From positions 7,482 to 71,481 of the forward strand of contig JAHJSA010000023.1 of assembly GCA_018830645.1 (NCBI GenBank): a DNA stretch of 64,000 nucleotides. Direction: 5' to 3'. Below are positions 63,401 through 64,000 of this stretch, piece after piece. The translations under genes were made by a program, and so were the position numbers. Within the stretch, counting starts at the first letter, position 1. Every line of letters starts with the position of its first letter. The stretch comes from Actinomycetota bacterium (lineage in GTDB: Bacteria; Actinomycetota; Thermoleophilia; RBG-16-64-13). The notes beneath the pieces were generated by a model that was not told the DNA's origin, ran no database searches, and saw only the letters and a list, made by a program, of their open reading frames with translations.

Positions 63401-63769
63401 ATGCTCAAACGCACGCGCCCGCCGGCTGCGAACCAGCCGCCCAAGAAGCCGTATTCAGTGACCCTCGTGACGGTGGCGGCGATGCTGCTACCCGGCTCCG
63501 GTCAGGTGCTCAACGGCCACCCCGTACGCGGTATCACCATGCAGTTCTTCATGATGCTGATGGCGTTCATCACATATCAGGTGACCGACCCGGATATCTC
63601 CTTCGTGGGCAGGATCGCCGGCGGGATCCTCGTGTACCTCGTCTCCGTGCTGGACGCCCGAGGCATGGCGGTGCGGCGGATGCGGGCCTGGGAGCGGGCC
63701 ACGAGCCCCGAGACAGCGGGCGCAGACCCCGAGACCGCAGGATCCGAGAGCGCCGAACCTAGCCCCTGA
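63401..63769 (+). CDS. Hypothetical membrane protein
   Basis: LPGSGQVLNG..RG motif and hydrophobic helices; ATG directly follows the upstream TAG in frame. Confidence 0.75.
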   Translation: MLKRTRPPAANQPPKKPYSVTLVTVAAMLLPGSGQVLNGHPVRGITMQFFMMLMAFITYQVTDPDISFVGRIAGGILVYLVSVLDARGMAVRRMRAWERATSPETAGADPETAGSESAEPSP

Positions 63770-64000
63770 TCACGAGCACCGGACAGTGGGCGGCATGGAG
63801 CACCTGGGTGCTCACCGAACCCAACAGGAGGCTCGCGAGACCCCCGTGACCCCGGCTGCCCACCACGATCAGGCTGCACGTACCGTCTTCGTGGGCAGCA
63901 TCCACGATGCCGGCCGCGGGCGACCTGTCTTCGATCAGGAGCGAATCCACGACTACATCTCCACCCGAGGCCGCAGCTCGGATACGCTCCTCCGACTCAG
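63759..64000 (-). CDS. Universal stress protein, C-terminal part (truncated by window edge)
   Basis: LIVVGSRGHGG..LLLGSVS..VLH.AHCPVLVI. Confidence 0.9.
   Translation of the reverse strand, partial: ESEERIRAAASGGDVVVDSLLIEDRSPAAGIVDAAHEDGTCSLIVVGSRGHGGLASLLLGSVSTQVLHAAHCPVLVIRG

Overview
High-GC bacterial DNA, probably from an anaerobic member of the Actinomycetota. This is inferred from polA-rpsA-coaE-(slt)-uvrB synteny and two leaderless TACAAT-N6-start promoters. The left third holds a Liv-type ABC transporter and housekeeping genes. A nitrogen-assimilation block follows (HdrB/C fusion, split glutamate synthase, glnA, a second GltB-like flavoprotein), then a MoxR-VWA pair joined by a likely -1 frameshift. 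From about 31 kb on, the window is a methylamine-utilisation island using pyrrolysine (Pyl). It contains tRNA-Pyl(CUA) with an unusual U73, pylSn, pylSc, pylB and pylC (no pylD seen), five amber-interrupted methyltransferases (2 MttB, 2 MtbB, 1 MtmB), one non-Pyl MttB, three corrinoid proteins, an MtbA/MtaA-type MT2, permeases, an AOR operon and a lone carB. The most unusual signal is how TAG is handled. By manual count about 24 of about 57 genes still end in TAG, yet the Pyl codons share a rare-codon context (TTA-TAG-G in three genes) and have downstream hairpins. The main operon leader contains an SD-ATG-CAG-TAG micro-ORF whose readthrough ends at the mtmC start. Several terminal TAGs would create in-frame fusions (MtbB-MtbA, GATase-GltB) or a GTGA coupling (pylSc to pylB). 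Together these suggest, but do not prove, an amber-based regulatory layer. All calls come from reading motifs by eye; no database searches were run.
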